From the NCBI GenBank assembly GCA_017631635.1, contig JAGBSX010000038.1, positions 1 through 60,283 of the forward strand: a DNA stretch of 60,283 bases, given 5' to 3'. Source of the stretch: Clostridia bacterium. Lineage in GTDB: Bacteria > Bacillota > Clostridia > Christensenellales > RUG350. The notes below the pieces were generated by a model. It was given only the letters and a program-made list of their open reading frames with translations. It was not told where the DNA came from and searched no databases. The translations under genes and the position numbers were made by a program. Of the stretch, positions 9,251 to 20,650 are shown in pieces (position 1 is the first letter of the stretch; every line of letters begins with the position of its first letter).

Positions 9251-11209
9251 ATGCAAAGATTTGAATTACACGCACCATACTCGCCTTGTGGAGACCAACC
9301 TCAGGCGATAAGTAGCCTTGTAGACGGTATCAATGACGGATACCGTACGCAAGTGTTATTGGGTGTCACGAGTAGTGGCAAGACGTTCACTATGGCAAAC
9401 GTAATACAGCAGGTTCAAAGACCTGCTCTTGTCATAGCGCACAACAAGACTCTTGCCGCTCAATTGTGTAATGAGTTTAGAGAGTTTTTTCCAAAAAATA
9501 GAGTAGAATTTTTTGTTAGTTATTACGATTATTATCAACCTGAGGCTTATCTGCCACGCACGGATACTTATATCGAAAAAGACCTATCTATCAATGATGA
9601 AATAGACAAATTGCGACATTCTGCCACTAGTTCGCTATGCGAAAGAAGAGACGTTATAGTGGTGGCATCAGTATCCTGCATATATGGTCTAGGCGCGCCT
9701 ACCGAATATTACAAGATGGCGCTATCCTTGAGACCAGGTATGCAGATAGAGAGAGACGTACTACTACGCAATCTCGTAGATAGGCAATACAAGAGGTCGG
9801 ATATTGATTTTGTACGTTCGACCTTTAGAGTGAGGGGAGACGTCGTAGAGATATTTCCATCATCAAATAGCGAAGTGACTATCAGGGTAGAGTTTTGGGG
9901 AGATACTATAGATTGTATTACTGAAAATGATTTGGTGACAGGTAAAAAATTGTCAACTCTAGACCACGTAGTTATATTTCCGGCATCACACTACGTCATA
10001 GATAGCGATATCAAAGAACAAGCGCTAAATCAAATATCAAATGATATGCACTCTCAGGTTGATTACTTTGCAGAGAGAGACAAACTTATAGAGGCTCAAC
10101 GTATCAGAGAGAGAGTATGCTATGATATGGAGATGATCAGAGAGGTAGGATATTGCTCTGGTATTGAGAATTATAGTAGATATTTTGACGGTAGACAGCC
10201 CGGACAAGCACCATATACATTGCTTGACTTTTTCCCTGATGATTTTATCACTTTTATAGATGAGTCACATATGACTATACCTCAGATAAGGGGTATGTAC
10301 AATGGAGACAAGTCTCGCAAGACAAACTTGGTAGATTATGGTTTTAGACTACCTTCGGCGTATGACAATAGACCGCTGACATATTACGAATTTGACGATA
10401 GATTAGGTCAAATCGTGTGCGTATCGGCTACGCCTGCCAAGTACGAATTAGAGCAAGCCTCAAACGTAGCAGAACAACTCATTAGACCTACAGGACTATT
10501 AGACCCGATAGTAGAGGTGAGACCTATCAAAGGTCAAATCGACGATATACTAGGCGAGACTGACAAGGTTGTAGCAGAGGGAGGTAGGGTGTTGATAACC
10601 ACTCTCACCAAGAAAATGGCAGAATCTTTGACCGAATTTTTGAGAGGTCAAGACAAAAAAGTCAAATATATGCACTCAGATATAGATACTCTAGAGCGTA
10701 TAGAGATAGTCAATGGATTGAGAAACGGTGATTTTGACATATTGGTAGGTATCAACTTACTACGAGAAGGACTAGACTTGCCAGAAGTAAAATTGATAGT
10801 CATATTAGACGCTGACAAAGAAGGATTTTTGCGTAGTGAGACTTCTCTCATCCAAACGATAGGCCGTGCTGCGAGAAATAGTGAAGGTAGAGTTATAATG
10901 TATGCCGACACTATCACAGATTCGATGGATAGGGCTATCAAGGAGACTGCTAGACGACGTCAAATACAAGACGACTACAACAAGGCAAATTCTATAGTCC
11001 CCAAGACAATAGTCAAACCTATCAAAAATACTCTAGAGATTACTCACAAAGTTAATGAAAATGTCAATAATATGTCGTTCAACGACATAATCAAAGAAAT
11101 CGAGAGACTAAAAGGACTCATGAACGTAGCATCTTCTACGCTAGATTTTGAGAAGGCTATCAAGTTGAGAGAAGATATCGCTACACTCAAGAAAATGTTA
11201 AAAGATTAG
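9251..11209 (+). CDS. uvrB: Excinuclease ABC subunit B
   Basis: PCGDQPQAI, Walker [10 protein letters not shown], helicase motifs and a C-terminal UVR domain ([11 protein letters not shown]). Confidence 0.97.
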   Translation: MQRFELHAPYSPCGDQPQAISSLVDGINDGYRTQVLLGVTSSGKTFTMANVIQQVQRPALVIAHNKTLAAQLCNEFREFFPKNRVEFFVSYYDYYQPEAYLPRTDTYIEKDLSINDEIDKLRHSATSSLCERRDVIVVASVSCIYGLGAPTEYYKMALSLRPGMQIERDVLLRNLVDRQYKRSDIDFVRSTFRVRGDVVEIFPSSNSEVTIRVEFWGDTIDCITENDLVTGKKLSTLDHVVIFPASHYVIDSDIKEQALNQISNDMHSQVDYFAERDKLIEAQRIRERVCYDMEMIREVGYCSGIENYSRYFDGRQPGQAPYTLLDFFPDDFITFIDESHMTIPQIRGMYNGDKSRKTNLVDYGFRLPSAYDNRPLTYYEFDDRLGQIVCVSATPAKYELEQASNVAEQLIRPTGLLDPIVEVRPIKGQIDDILGETDKVVAEGGRVLITTLTKKMAESLTEFLRGQDKKVKYMHSDIDTLERIEIVNGLRNGDFDILVGINLLREGLDLPEVKLIVILDADKEGFLRSETSLIQTIGRAARNSEGRVIMYADTITDSMDRAIKETARRRQIQDDYNKANSIVPKTIVKPIKNTLEITHKVNENVNNMSFNDIIKEIERLKGLMNVASSTLDFEKAIKLREDIATLKKMLKD

Positions 11210-11213
11210 AAGT

Positions 11214-14042
11214 ATGGATAAGTTTATACACATCAAAGGAGCAAGAGTAAACAACCTCAAGGACATAGAATTGTCGATACCTAGAGACAAACTTGTGGTT
11301 TTTACAGGTCTTAGCGGTAGTGGCAAATCTTCATTAGCGTTTGACACCCTGTTTGCAGAGGGACAGCGCAGATATATGGAGAGTTTGTCTTCGTATGCTA
11401 GACAATTTTTGGGACAAATGGACAAGCCTGACGTCGATTATATAGACGGGCTAAGTCCAGCGATTTCAATTGACCAAAAAACCACCTCCAAAAATCCTCG
11501 TTCTACCGTAGGTACAATCACGGAGATATACGACTACCTTCGTCTCTTGTATGCGAGAGTAGGCACTCCACATTGTCCTAATTGTGGCAAGGAGATTAGC
11601 CAACAAACGGTAGACCAGATATATGATAAGATTTGCGAATATCCAATAGGTTCAAAACTCATGATACTAGCACCTGTGGCTAGGGGAAAAAAGGGAGAAT
11701 ATACCAAACTCCTCCAATCTTTTAAAAAAAATGGATACGCTAGAGCCAAGATAGACGGAGAGATAGTCTCTCTAGACCAAGATATCAAACTAGAGAAAAA
11801 TATCAAACACAATATATCCATAGTCGTCGATAGACTTGTAGTCAAAGAAGATATGGGTAGCAGACTGGCAGACAGTATCGAAAATGCTATCAAGATATCC
11901 GATGGTATCGTAGTAGTAGACTGTGACGGAGTAGAGAATATTTTTTCTACAAAATACGCTTGCCCAGACTGCGAAATCTCACTAGAGGAGATGACTCCTA
12001 GATCATTTAGTTTTAATAGTCCATTTGGAGCGTGTCCAGAGTGTCTAGGTCTTGGCTTTAAAAATGAATTTGCTCCAGAATTACTCATCAGAGATCCAAA
12101 GAAATCTGTCAACGAAGGAGTTGTCAGAGTGTCTGGTTGGAATATGGAGATGGGTACTATCACAGATGGATTGTTTAGAGCATTAGCCAAACACTATTCG
12201 TTTAGTTTAGATACACCTTTTGAAGATTTGCCTGAGCGAATTCAAAATATATTGTTATATGGCAACAACGGAGAGGAGATAGAGGCTGTCTATACATCAA
12301 AATTGAGACAGACTACCTATAGGACTTCCTTTGAGGGTGTTATCCCCAATTTGATGCGTAGGTACAACGATACTCAATCTGAGTACGTCAAAAATGAACT
12401 TAGCAAATTTTTCCACGTCAAGCCTTGTAGTTGTTGTGGTGGCAAAAGACTAAAAAAAGAAGTGCTAGCCGTCACGGTAGGTGGCAAAAATATTCACGAG
12501 TTTTGTGATATGCCAGTTCTCAATTCGCTACAATTTGCAGAAAATCTATCTCTTACAGATACGCAAATGCTAATCGCGAGACAAATACTCAAAGAGATAA
12601 ATGCTAGACTAAATTTTCTCAAAGACGTAGGACTAGGATATCTCACTTTGACGCGTAGTAGCGCTACTTTGTCTGGTGGAGAGGCGCAACGAATTAGGTT
12701 GGCTACCCAGATAGGTAGTGGGCTCACAGGTATATTGTATATATTAGACGAGCCTAGCATAGGACTACACCAGAGAGACAATGACAAGTTGATAGCCACT
12801 TTGAAAAAATTGCGTGATCTTGGCAATACCCTTATAGTAGTAGAGCACGACGAAGATACTATCAAATCGGCTGATTATGTAGTGGATATAGGACCTAGAG
12901 CAGGTATTCACGGTGGCGAACTTGTGATAGCGGGTACGGTTGACGAAGTGATTGCCAATCCAAATTCTATCACAGGACAGTATTTGAGTGGCAAGAAGTA
13001 TATACCAGTACCAACTACTAGGAGAGCCCCAGACGGCAGATATTTGCGTGTAAAAGGTGCTAGTCAAAACAATCTCAAAAATATCGACGTAGATATACCA
13101 GTCGGCTTGCTAAACGTTGTCACGGGAGTATCTGGATCGGGCAAGAGTAGTTTGGTAAACGGTATACTTTATCCTATGCTTGCTACCAAATTAAATAACA
13201 ATAGAACACTTATCGAAGGCAAATGTGATGGTATCGAAGGTATAGAGCATTTCGACAAGGTGATAGAGATTGACCAGAGCCCTATAGGGCGTACACCTAG
13301 GTCAAATCCCGCTACTTATACCGGTGTATTTACCGCTATTAGAGAGTTGTTTGCATCTACGATAGACGCCAAGGCCAAAGGCTACAATATGGGTAGATTT
13401 AGTTTTAACGTAAGTGGTGGTAGGTGCGAGCATTGTGCTGGAGACGGTGTCAAGAAGATAGAAATGCACTTTTTGTCAGACGTCTACGTCCCTTGTGAAG
13501 TGTGCAAAGGCAAGAGGTACAATAGAGAAACTCTAGAAGTCAGATACAAAGGTAAGAATATCTACGAAGTACTCGAGATGACTATAGATGAGGCTTGTGA
13601 ATTTTTTGAGAATATACCATCTATATACTCCAAGATTAAGACCTTGAGAGATATAGGATTAGGTTATATCAAATTGGGACAACCTGCTACCACATTGTCC
13701 GGTGGAGAGGCACAGAGAGTCAAACTGGCTACCGAATTGTCAAAGAGAAGCACAGGCAAGACTATCTATATACTTGACGAACCTACCACAGGACTGCACA
13801 CGGACGACGTTGCCAAACTGATAGATATGCTACAACGCTTAGTGTCTAGTGGCAATACTGCCGTCGTAATAGAGCACAATCTTGACGTAGTCAAGGTGGC
13901 TGATTACATCATAGATCTAGGACCAGAGGGTGGAGAAGGCGGTGGTAGAATTATCGCCACAGGTTCGCCAGAAGAAGTTGTAAAAAATCAAAGTAGTTTT
14001 ACAGGTATATATCTAAAGACAAAATTGGAGGAGCACTTATGA
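11214..14042 (+). CDS. uvrA: Excinuclease ABC subunit A
   Basis: Two ABC ATPase modules ([15 protein letters not shown] and [10 protein letters not shown]; LSGGEAQR twice), zinc-finger CxxC pairs, 942 aa. Confidence 0.97.
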   Translation: MDKFIHIKGARVNNLKDIELSIPRDKLVVFTGLSGSGKSSLAFDTLFAEGQRRYMESLSSYARQFLGQMDKPDVDYIDGLSPAISIDQKTTSKNPRSTVGTITEIYDYLRLLYARVGTPHCPNCGKEISQQTVDQIYDKICEYPIGSKLMILAPVARGKKGEYTKLLQSFKKNGYARAKIDGEIVSLDQDIKLEKNIKHNISIVVDRLVVKEDMGSRLADSIENAIKISDGIVVVDCDGVENIFSTKYACPDCEISLEEMTPRSFSFNSPFGACPECLGLGFKNEFAPELLIRDPKKSVNEGVVRVSGWNMEMGTITDGLFRALAKHYSFSLDTPFEDLPERIQNILLYGNNGEEIEAVYTSKLRQTTYRTSFEGVIPNLMRRYNDTQSEYVKNELSKFFHVKPCSCCGGKRLKKEVLAVTVGGKNIHEFCDMPVLNSLQFAENLSLTDTQMLIARQILKEINARLNFLKDVGLGYLTLTRSSATLSGGEAQRIRLATQIGSGLTGILYILDEPSIGLHQRDNDKLIATLKKLRDLGNTLIVVEHDEDTIKSADYVVDIGPRAGIHGGELVIAGTVDEVIANPNSITGQYLSGKKYIPVPTTRRAPDGRYLRVKGASQNNLKNIDVDIPVGLLNVVTGVSGSGKSSLVNGILYPMLATKLNNNRTLIEGKCDGIEGIEHFDKVIEIDQSPIGRTPRSNPATYTGVFTAIRELFASTIDAKAKGYNMGRFSFNVSGGRCEHCAGDGVKKIEMHFLSDVYVPCEVCKGKRYNRETLEVRYKGKNIYEVLEMTIDEACEFFENIPSIYSKIKTLRDIGLGYIKLGQPATTLSGGEAQRVKLATELSKRSTGKTIYILDEPTTGLHTDDVAKLIDMLQRLVSSGNTAVVIEHNLDVVKVADYIIDLGPEGGEGGGRIIATGSPEEVVKNQSSFTGIYLKTKLEEHL

Positions 14043-15106
14043 ATAATATCAAAAAATTAGCAAAAAGATGGTTTATTGATGCGTTTTCAGGTATGGCGCA
14101 AGGTTTGTTTTGCACCTTAATAGCAGGTACTATATTGGCGCTGATAGCCAAGTTGATAGGACTCGATACCTACGTAGGTGGTTTGATAAATTCTATCGCC
14201 AACGTAGCCAAGACTCTGATGGGCGCAGGTATAGGCATAGGTATAGCCAATTCGCTAAAAGCCCCAAAATTAGTCATGTTTTCGGCAGGTGTGACTGGCT
14301 TTGTCGGTGCATTTTCAGACAAGATAATAGCGGGGACTTTTGCGCTATCTCTAGGAGCGCCAGGTAATCCTATCGGCGCTTACGTAGTAGCATTGTTCAC
14401 CATCGAGATAGCGCTCTTATATGCAGGCAAGACAAAGTTGGACATCATATTAGTACCACTAGGTATGATGATATTGACTGCTTTGGGTGTGTATCTAGCA
14501 TGGCCTTTCATATGGTTGATTACCCAACTTAGCAACCTAATCGAGATAGCTACCGAGGCTACTCCATTTGTGATGGGCATAGTTATATCCGTAATAATGG
14601 GTATACTACTCACTATGCCTACTTCTTCGGCTGCTATTTGGGTAGCGATAGCATCTGCAAATACATCTGATGCTATGTTGATAGCAGGTGGAGCAGCTGT
14701 AGTAGGATGCGCTTGTCATATGATAGGATTTGCCGTGAGTAGTTATAGAGAAAATGGCTTTGGTGGATTGATAGCGCAGGGACTAGGTACGAGTATGCTA
14801 CAAATACCAAATATAATGCGAAAACCTATCATTATGCTCCCTGAGATAATTGCTAGTGCAATATTAGGACCTATAGCGACTACCGTCTTTGCCTTAAAAT
14901 GTACTGCATCAGGCGGAGGTATGGGAACTTCGGGACTAGTAGGTATGTTTGGTGTGCTAGATGCAACTACGGACGTCAACGCAATCACGTGGATAGGTAT
15001 TGTCTTATTGTTATTTGTATTGCCTGCACTTATCACTTGGATAATTAGTGAGTTTATGCGTAAAAAAGGAATAATCAAATACGGAGATATGTCCTTAGAT
15101 ATTTAA
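14039..15106 (+). CDS. PTS EIIC-domain-like polytopic membrane protein (PfoR/COG3641-like)
   Basis: 355 aa, about 10 transmembrane helices, glycine-rich loops. The N-terminus ([24 protein letters not shown]) resembles stand-alone PTS IIC/PfoR proteins. The start overlaps the uvrA stop (ATGA). Confidence 0.45.
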   Translation: MNNIKKLAKRWFIDAFSGMAQGLFCTLIAGTILALIAKLIGLDTYVGGLINSIANVAKTLMGAGIGIGIANSLKAPKLVMFSAGVTGFVGAFSDKIIAGTFALSLGAPGNPIGAYVVALFTIEIALLYAGKTKLDIILVPLGMMILTALGVYLAWPFIWLITQLSNLIEIATEATPFVMGIVISVIMGILLTMPTSSAAIWVAIASANTSDAMLIAGGAAVVGCACHMIGFAVSSYRENGFGGLIAQGLGTSMLQIPNIMRKPIIMLPEIIASAILGPIATTVFALKCTASGGGMGTSGLVGMFGVLDATTDVNAITWIGIVLLLFVLPALITWIISEFMRKKGIIKYGDMSLDI

Positions 15107-15115
15107 AAAATGTAT

Positions 15116-15145
15116 TTGACAATACGCACAAAAGTGTTGTATAAT
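15116..15145 (+). promoter_or_regulatory. Near-consensus promoter of hup
   Basis: TTGACA (15116-15121), 18-nt spacer, TATAAT (15140-15145) with an upstream TG. Confidence 0.65.
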
Positions 15146-15187
15146 TAAATTGCTAGCAGTATGTAGCATATATAAAGGGGTGAAAAT

Positions 15188-15463
15188 ATGAATAAAAGTG
15201 AATTTATCAAGGAAATTGCTAATAAGACAGGTTTTACTGTCAAGCAAGCTTCTGAAGCGTGTGACGCTTTCATTAGCGTAATCAAAGACGCTATGAAGAG
15301 TGGCGAAAAGTTAAGCATTACAGGATTTGGCTCATTTGAAGGCAAGTTTAGACCTGCTAGAGAGGCTATCAATCCTGCGACGGGAGATCGCATCTCTCTA
15401 CCAGAAACTAGGATACCCGCATTTAAGCCAGCTAAACTTCTAAAAGAAGAGCTAAACAAATAA
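15188..15463 (+). CDS. hup: DNA-binding protein HU
   Basis: 91 aa. MNKSEFIKEIA...GFGSFE...RPAREAINPATGDRISLPETRIPAFKPAKLLKE is the canonical HU/IHF fold sequence. Confidence 0.97.
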   Translation: MNKSEFIKEIANKTGFTVKQASEACDAFISVIKDAMKSGEKLSITGFGSFEGKFRPAREAINPATGDRISLPETRIPAFKPAKLLKEELNK

Positions 15464-15470
15464 TGAAGGT

Positions 15471-15505
15471 TGGGCTGTCGCCTATCGACAGCCCACATTT
15501 TTTTT
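15471..15505 (+). terminator. Intrinsic terminator after hup
   Basis: 10-bp stem TGGGCTGTCG / CGACAGCCCA, 5-nt loop, T8 run. Confidence 0.9.
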
Positions 15506-15510
15506 GAGAT

Positions 15511-16179
15511 ATGGTACATATAGGTAATGATTGGGATAGTATATTAGCATCAGAATTTGATAGCGACTATTATAGACAGTTGCGTGATTTTTTGGTGCAA
15601 GAATATCGCACTCAGACGATATATCCTAGTATGTATGACATATTTAATGCATTTAAATCTGTGGCTTATAGCGACGTAAAAGTGGTTATATTAGGCCAAG
15701 ACCCTTATCACGGCGAAGGTCAAGCGCACGGCTTGTGCTTTTCGGTCAAAGAGGGTGTGAAGAATCCTCCATCTTTGCAAAACATATTTAAAGAATACAC
15801 TGCCGACCTAGGATATTCTATGCCGAGTAGTGGTTGTTTGCAAAAGTGGGCAAACAACGGTGTATTGTTGTTAAACACCGTGCTTACCGTTAGGGCTGGA
15901 CAAGCATTTTCGCATACCAAGAGAGGTTGGGAGACGTTTACCGACAACGTTATCAAAAAATTGAACGAGAGACAAACTCCTATGGTGTTTTTATTGTGGG
16001 GAGGACCTGCTAGGAAGAAAGCGCAACTTATTACCAACCCTAGACATCTTATACTGGAGTGTGCGCACCCTAGTCCCCTATCTGCATACAATGGATTTTT
16101 TGGATGCAAGCATTTTACAAGAGCAAATGAGTTTTTGAGTGAGAACAATATAGGTGAGATAGACTGGAAACTTGACTAA
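15511..16179 (+). CDS. ung: Uracil-DNA glycosylase (family 1)
   Basis: GQDPYHGEGQAHGLCFSV water-activating loop and the HPSPLSA leucine-loop motif. Confidence 0.95.
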   Translation: MVHIGNDWDSILASEFDSDYYRQLRDFLVQEYRTQTIYPSMYDIFNAFKSVAYSDVKVVILGQDPYHGEGQAHGLCFSVKEGVKNPPSLQNIFKEYTADLGYSMPSSGCLQKWANNGVLLLNTVLTVRAGQAFSHTKRGWETFTDNVIKKLNERQTPMVFLLWGGPARKKAQLITNPRHLILECAHPSPLSAYNGFFGCKHFTRANEFLSENNIGEIDWKLD

Positions 16180-16192
16180 ATCAGAGGTACAT

Positions 16193-17680
16193 ATGAGTAA
16201 ATTAGGATTTGACAACGACAAATACATAAAATTGCAGTCTGAGAGTATACGCAAGCGTATCGCTATGTTTGACAACAAATTGTATCTAGAATTTGGTGGC
16301 AAATTGTTTGATGATTACCACGCGTCTAGAGTATTGCCTGGCTTTTCTCCAAATGCCAAGATACACATATTGACAGAACTAAAGGATCAAGCAGAGATTA
16401 TATTTGTAATTAGTGCAGGAGATATCGAACGTAACAAAATTCGTGCTGATTTTGGTATTACTTACGATATGGACGTTATGCGCCTTATGGACAATCTACG
16501 TAGACTAGGTATATATATCAACAGCGTAGTTATTACTCAATATGCCGGTCAACCTCAAGCAGACGTATTCAAGCGCAAATTGGAGATGAGAGGAGAGAGA
16601 GTATACGTCCATCGTCATACCAAAGGATATCCTACCGACGTCAATACTATCGTAAGTGACGAGGGATACGGCGCTAATCCATATATTGAGACGACTAGAC
16701 CTCTAGTAGTAGTCACAGCACCAGGACCAGGTAGTGGAAAACTCGCTACATGTCTATCTCAAATGTATCACGAATACAAAATGGGTATTAAGTCTGGATA
16801 TGCTAAATTTGAGACTTTCCCTATATGGAATATACCACTCAAACATCCTGTCAATATCGCTTATGAGGCTGCTACTGCTGATTTGGGAGATTTTAACGTA
16901 ATAGACAGTTATCATCTAGAGGCATACGGTCATAGTAGTGTCAACTACAATAGGGATATAGAAGTGTATCCCGTTCTAAAGAACATATTGACCAAAATAA
17001 CAGGAGACGACTCCCTATACAAATCTCCTACAGATATGGGTGTAAATATGGCTGGCTATGGCATAATTGATGACGAAGTGTGTAGAAATGCCTCAAAGCA
17101 AGAGGTGATTAGACGATATTTGCATAGCAAGACTGATTATAAGAAAGGAATATGCTCATTAGCAACTGTACAACGCATGGAGATGATAATGAGCGAATTG
17201 TGCCTAAGTGAAGAGGATAGACTAGTCGTATCTCCTGCTAGGGAGAAATCTGATATAGTCAAGACTCCCGCTATGGCTATTATGTTAGAAGACGGTAGAA
17301 TAGTCACAGGTAAACAAACTGACAATATGGAGTGCTCATCTACATGTATTCTCAATGCTCTCAAGGTAGTGTCAAATATTGATGATAGCGTTATGCTGTT
17401 GCGCCCAGAGGTGTTAGAGGATATTATGCTACTCAAGAGGGAGAAGTTGGGAGATAGTAGATATTTACTCAATCTAGCAGACATGTTGGTAGCATTGAGT
17501 ATATCCGCTACCACGGACAAAAATGCCTCGCTTGCCGTCAACAATTTGGACAAACTCAAATTTAGAGAGGCACATTGTTCTCACATATTGACTGAGATAA
17601 ACGAAAATACCTTTAGGAAATTGTCGATACACATAACTACCGATCCTGTGTATCCGTCTGATGATTTGTTTTATGTATAA
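16193..17680 (+). CDS. DUF1846 / UPF0371 family protein
   Basis: About 495 aa. The N-terminus GFDNDKYIKLQSESIRKRI...KLYLEFGGKLFDDYHASRVLPGF matches the UPF0371 family as I remember it. AGAGG RBS before ATG 16193. Confidence 0.75.
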   Translation: MSKLGFDNDKYIKLQSESIRKRIAMFDNKLYLEFGGKLFDDYHASRVLPGFSPNAKIHILTELKDQAEIIFVISAGDIERNKIRADFGITYDMDVMRLMDNLRRLGIYINSVVITQYAGQPQADVFKRKLEMRGERVYVHRHTKGYPTDVNTIVSDEGYGANPYIETTRPLVVVTAPGPGSGKLATCLSQMYHEYKMGIKSGYAKFETFPIWNIPLKHPVNIAYEAATADLGDFNVIDSYHLEAYGHSSVNYNRDIEVYPVLKNILTKITGDDSLYKSPTDMGVNMAGYGIIDDEVCRNASKQEVIRRYLHSKTDYKKGICSLATVQRMEMIMSELCLSEEDRLVVSPAREKSDIVKTPAMAIMLEDGRIVTGKQTDNMECSSTCILNALKVVSNIDDSVMLLRPEVLEDIMLLKREKLGDSRYLLNLADMLVALSISATTDKNASLAVNNLDKLKFREAHCSHILTEINENTFRKLSIHITTDPVYPSDDLFYV

Positions 17681-18659
17681 GGACAAGTTAACGAATATAG
17701 TCAAACAAATATACGAAAAATCAGGCGTCGCCGTGTCAATTTATCAAGACGGCGACGTTTTGGTATGTTCATCTAGGCAAGTGTTGACACCTAGTGATGA
17801 TGGAGTGAGTGTCGTAGAGTTTTTACACTACGACAAACGATACACTATGGTTGCCAATACTATGGATAGCGCCAATATCTCTCTACTGACTATGCTATTA
17901 TCAAATCAGTCCACCTCCGACAAGGATACGACTTTTAGTCAAGTTTTGAGAGGTGAGAGACAATTTGACAAAACGCTTAGATATCCAGACGTTGGTGATT
18001 TGTCTAGGGGATATACGGTATTTTTGATAAAAACTAGCGACGATAGTGGAGATGACGTAAATACTTATATACGCTCTATGGCATCTTTTTCTAATGACGT
18101 ATATATTATTATAGATGAAGAATTCTCTCTCTATCTAAAGCGTGCCGACATTGATGAGTACGACGTCACTCCCAAGGAGTTTGCAAATTTGATAGTAGAT
18201 GATATCAATAGAGAATTTGCTAAAAAATGCCTAGTATCAGTAGGATATACGGTGCACAGTTATCTAGAGTGTATTGATGCTGTGTCATACTGCAAGATAG
18301 CGTTTGAAGACGTCATCACATCATCTTCATCCAAACTAGTCGTCACTACTGCAGAGTTTTTGGGGAGAAATATATTTAGAGATTGCCCAGAAATCAGAGG
18401 AGTATTGAACAAATATCTCACTAGTGGTATTTTGGCTGTGATAAATGATAATACTCTAAATAACACGGCACTTACTTTTATTGCAAATTCGCTAAATTTT
18501 TCGCAGACTGCTAGAGATATGTATATACATAGAAATACGCTTATTGCACGTATTCGCAAGATAGAAAAAATATGTGGCCTAGATATCAAAAATTTTGGAG
18601 AGGCTATGTCATATTTGCTAATTTTTGATGCGATACGTACTATGAAGGAGTCCAAATAG
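17661..18659 (+). CDS. PucR/CdaR-type transcriptional regulator (C-terminal HTH)
   Basis: C-terminal FSQTARDMYIHRNTLIARIRKIEKICGLDI is the PucR C-terminal HTH pattern. The N-terminal region is divergent. Confidence 0.65.
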   Translation: MICFMYKDKLTNIVKQIYEKSGVAVSIYQDGDVLVCSSRQVLTPSDDGVSVVEFLHYDKRYTMVANTMDSANISLLTMLLSNQSTSDKDTTFSQVLRGERQFDKTLRYPDVGDLSRGYTVFLIKTSDDSGDDVNTYIRSMASFSNDVYIIIDEEFSLYLKRADIDEYDVTPKEFANLIVDDINREFAKKCLVSVGYTVHSYLECIDAVSYCKIAFEDVITSSSSKLVVTTAEFLGRNIFRDCPEIRGVLNKYLTSGILAVINDNTLNNTALTFIANSLNFSQTARDMYIHRNTLIARIRKIEKICGLDIKNFGEAMSYLLIFDAIRTMKESK

Positions 18660-19960
18660 TGAATAATAGTTATGATTTTAACGACTATATAGAAGAAGAA
18701 CCTAGAAAAAAGATAAGTCTAGTGACGGCTATCCTTATGGCTGTTATTACCTTTTTTTTGGGTGCTATCGGCGGATCTATGCTATATATCAATAAGTACG
18801 AACAAGAAAACAAAGATTTGCAACTTTTGAGAGAAGTGATGGCGTTCGTTGATGAGCATTATTATCAAGACGTCTCATATCAACAACAAGTAATTAATGC
18901 TTGCAAAGGTGTAGTCGGCAGTCTAGATTCATATTCATATTTCGCTACTGATGACGAACTGGTCACTTACTCTTTGGCATATATAGGAGTGACTATTTCA
19001 TACGACGTGAGTGGTGATTTTAGAATTCGTTGGGTAAATTCGAACTCTTCTGCATATGGCAAAATTGCTATAGGCGAATATATAACGAGTGTCAATGGTA
19101 CTCAAGTGAGTGGATATAGAGCCGAGGTATTAGCAGAACTTCTCGCCTCCAAGCCAGAGGGTACGTCTATAACCCTTGGTATATTGGACATCAATAAGCA
19201 AAATCTCAGATACGAGACTTTGACTTATTCAAAGGTATCTGCTGAGTACGCAGGCTACGTAGGGGATATCAACGAGACTTATGGAGTTGACTACGTGCCT
19301 AGTGATATAGGATATATATACCTATCATCATTTAGCGATATTTCAGCGGTTGAGCAGATGAAGAATTGTATCGATCAATTTAACCAAGATAACAAAAAGT
19401 ATCTAATTTTGGACTTGAGAGGAAATGGTGGAGGGTCTTCAAGCGTACTGTGCAAAATAGCCGAATATTTTGTTACAGACGCCAATGATAGCAAGTCTAC
19501 ACTACTAGTCACGTTGCGTGCTAAAAACGGTATGGAGTCTTATTATAGGACAAGTGACAATAAATATATTTACAAAAATTTGCCTAGAGATAGCCGACCC
19601 AAGATAGTGGTGCTCACCAACGAATCGACTGCATCAGCCTCCGAGGCGCTTATCGGCAATATGCTCATACACGGTACTGGTGTGATAGTAGGAGACAATA
19701 CCTATGGCAAGTGCGTAGCGCAAACTCGTTTTGACGGTGAAGGTTTTAGCATAGTATTGACTTCTGGTTATTATTATTTTGACAAGGATATATCTCCATA
19801 TATAGCAGTAAGTACTAATTCTCCCGTATACCAAATGAACGGTATAGGATTTAGGCCTACTGGCGCTAACTACGTAAGAGAGAACGTCGCCAATATACTG
19901 ACTGATTCAAATGCTTTTGTGAGAGCAGTAGAATATCTCAAGAGTGAATACAATATCTAA
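18659..19960 (+). CDS. S41-family C-terminal processing peptidase with N-terminal membrane anchor
   Basis: Transmembrane helix, PDZ-like region, then LILDLRGNGGGSSS and NESTASASEAL (catalytic Ser context) typical of S41/Ctp. GTG start with an AAGGAG RBS. Confidence 0.8.
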   Translation: MNNSYDFNDYIEEEPRKKISLVTAILMAVITFFLGAIGGSMLYINKYEQENKDLQLLREVMAFVDEHYYQDVSYQQQVINACKGVVGSLDSYSYFATDDELVTYSLAYIGVTISYDVSGDFRIRWVNSNSSAYGKIAIGEYITSVNGTQVSGYRAEVLAELLASKPEGTSITLGILDINKQNLRYETLTYSKVSAEYAGYVGDINETYGVDYVPSDIGYIYLSSFSDISAVEQMKNCIDQFNQDNKKYLILDLRGNGGGSSSVLCKIAEYFVTDANDSKSTLLVTLRAKNGMESYYRTSDNKYIYKNLPRDSRPKIVVLTNESTASASEALIGNMLIHGTGVIVGDNTYGKCVAQTRFDGEGFSIVLTSGYYYFDKDISPYIAVSTNSPVYQMNGIGFRPTGANYVRENVANILTDSNAFVRAVEYLKSEYNI

Positions 19961-19986
19961 AAAGCACGCATGCGTGCTTTTTTTAT
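19961..19986. terminator. Bidirectional intrinsic terminator
   Basis: Palindrome AAAGCACGCA/TGCGTGCTTT followed by a T-run. It lies between convergent genes. Confidence 0.8.
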
Positions 19987-20216
19987 TCGTCCAAAAGTGA
20001 TGAATATACTTCATTATAGTCTAGTGGCTTATAGTTAGCAGGTACAGGTGGTGTTTGAGTGTTTGACATTACGCTTGATAGAAGTTGAACTATATTTGTT
20101 AGATTGGCTGCATTGTTTTGAGCAGAAGAGATGTTTTGACCAAACATTGACAGGATATTTGATAGGTCTATATTTGAATTTGATAGTATTGATATTAAAT
20201 TTTTCAAAAAATCCAT
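19983..20216 (-). CDS. Hypothetical small protein (77 aa)
   Basis: ATG at 20216 with a GAGGAAAAAG RBS (the track's longer TTG start is unlikely). Low-complexity N/S/L-rich sequence with no recognised family. Confidence 0.4.
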   Translation of the reverse strand: MDFLKNLISILSNSNIDLSNILSMFGQNISSAQNNAANLTNIVQLLSSVMSNTQTPPVPANYKPLDYNEVYSSLLDE

Positions 20217-20275
20217 AACTTTTTCCTCACTATTTATTATATGCAATCATATTATAATTGTGCGGAGGTTATTTT

Positions 20276-20578
20276 ATGAAAGATAGCAAGAAATATTGCA
20301 GATTTAACAATGATAACAACACTCAAAACTCTCAACCTAGTGGTGGAGAAAGGGTAAGCCAAAGCGAAGAAGAGAACATCAGAGAAAAAGTTGATTATTA
20401 TTCGAGTATGAGTGAAAATCAACTTTATGACGAATTGTTTAAAGAAGTGGTCAAAGGCAAGCAAAACGGTACGTTGACTAGAGAAGGGTTGATGAATTTT
20501 TACAACATGGTGATACCATTGTTAAACGAGCAACAACGGCAAAAACTTGATGAAATTATCAAAAAACTAGATATTTGA
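20276..20578 (+). CDS. Hypothetical small protein (100 aa)
   Basis: ATG 20276 preceded by GGAGG. Polar N-terminus and helical C-terminus (LLNEQQRQKLDEIIKKL). No recognised family. Confidence 0.45.
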   Translation: MKDSKKYCRFNNDNNTQNSQPSGGERVSQSEEENIREKVDYYSSMSENQLYDELFKEVVKGKQNGTLTREGLMNFYNMVIPLLNEQQRQKLDEIIKKLDI

Positions 20579-20590
20579 CGACAAAAATAA

Positions 20591-20635
20591 ATGACAAATC
20601 AATTGTCGTGTGGTATAATTGAATAAAATTATACC
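20591..20635 (+). promoter_or_regulatory. eda-kdgK promoter with a 9-bp perfect inverted repeat over the -10/+1
   Basis: ATGACA (20591-20596), 17 nt, TATAAT (20614-20619) with an extended TG. GGTATAATT (20612-20620) and AATTATACC (20627-20635) are perfect reverse complements. Confidence 0.55.
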
Positions 20636-20650
20636 AAGAGGTTTTTGATA

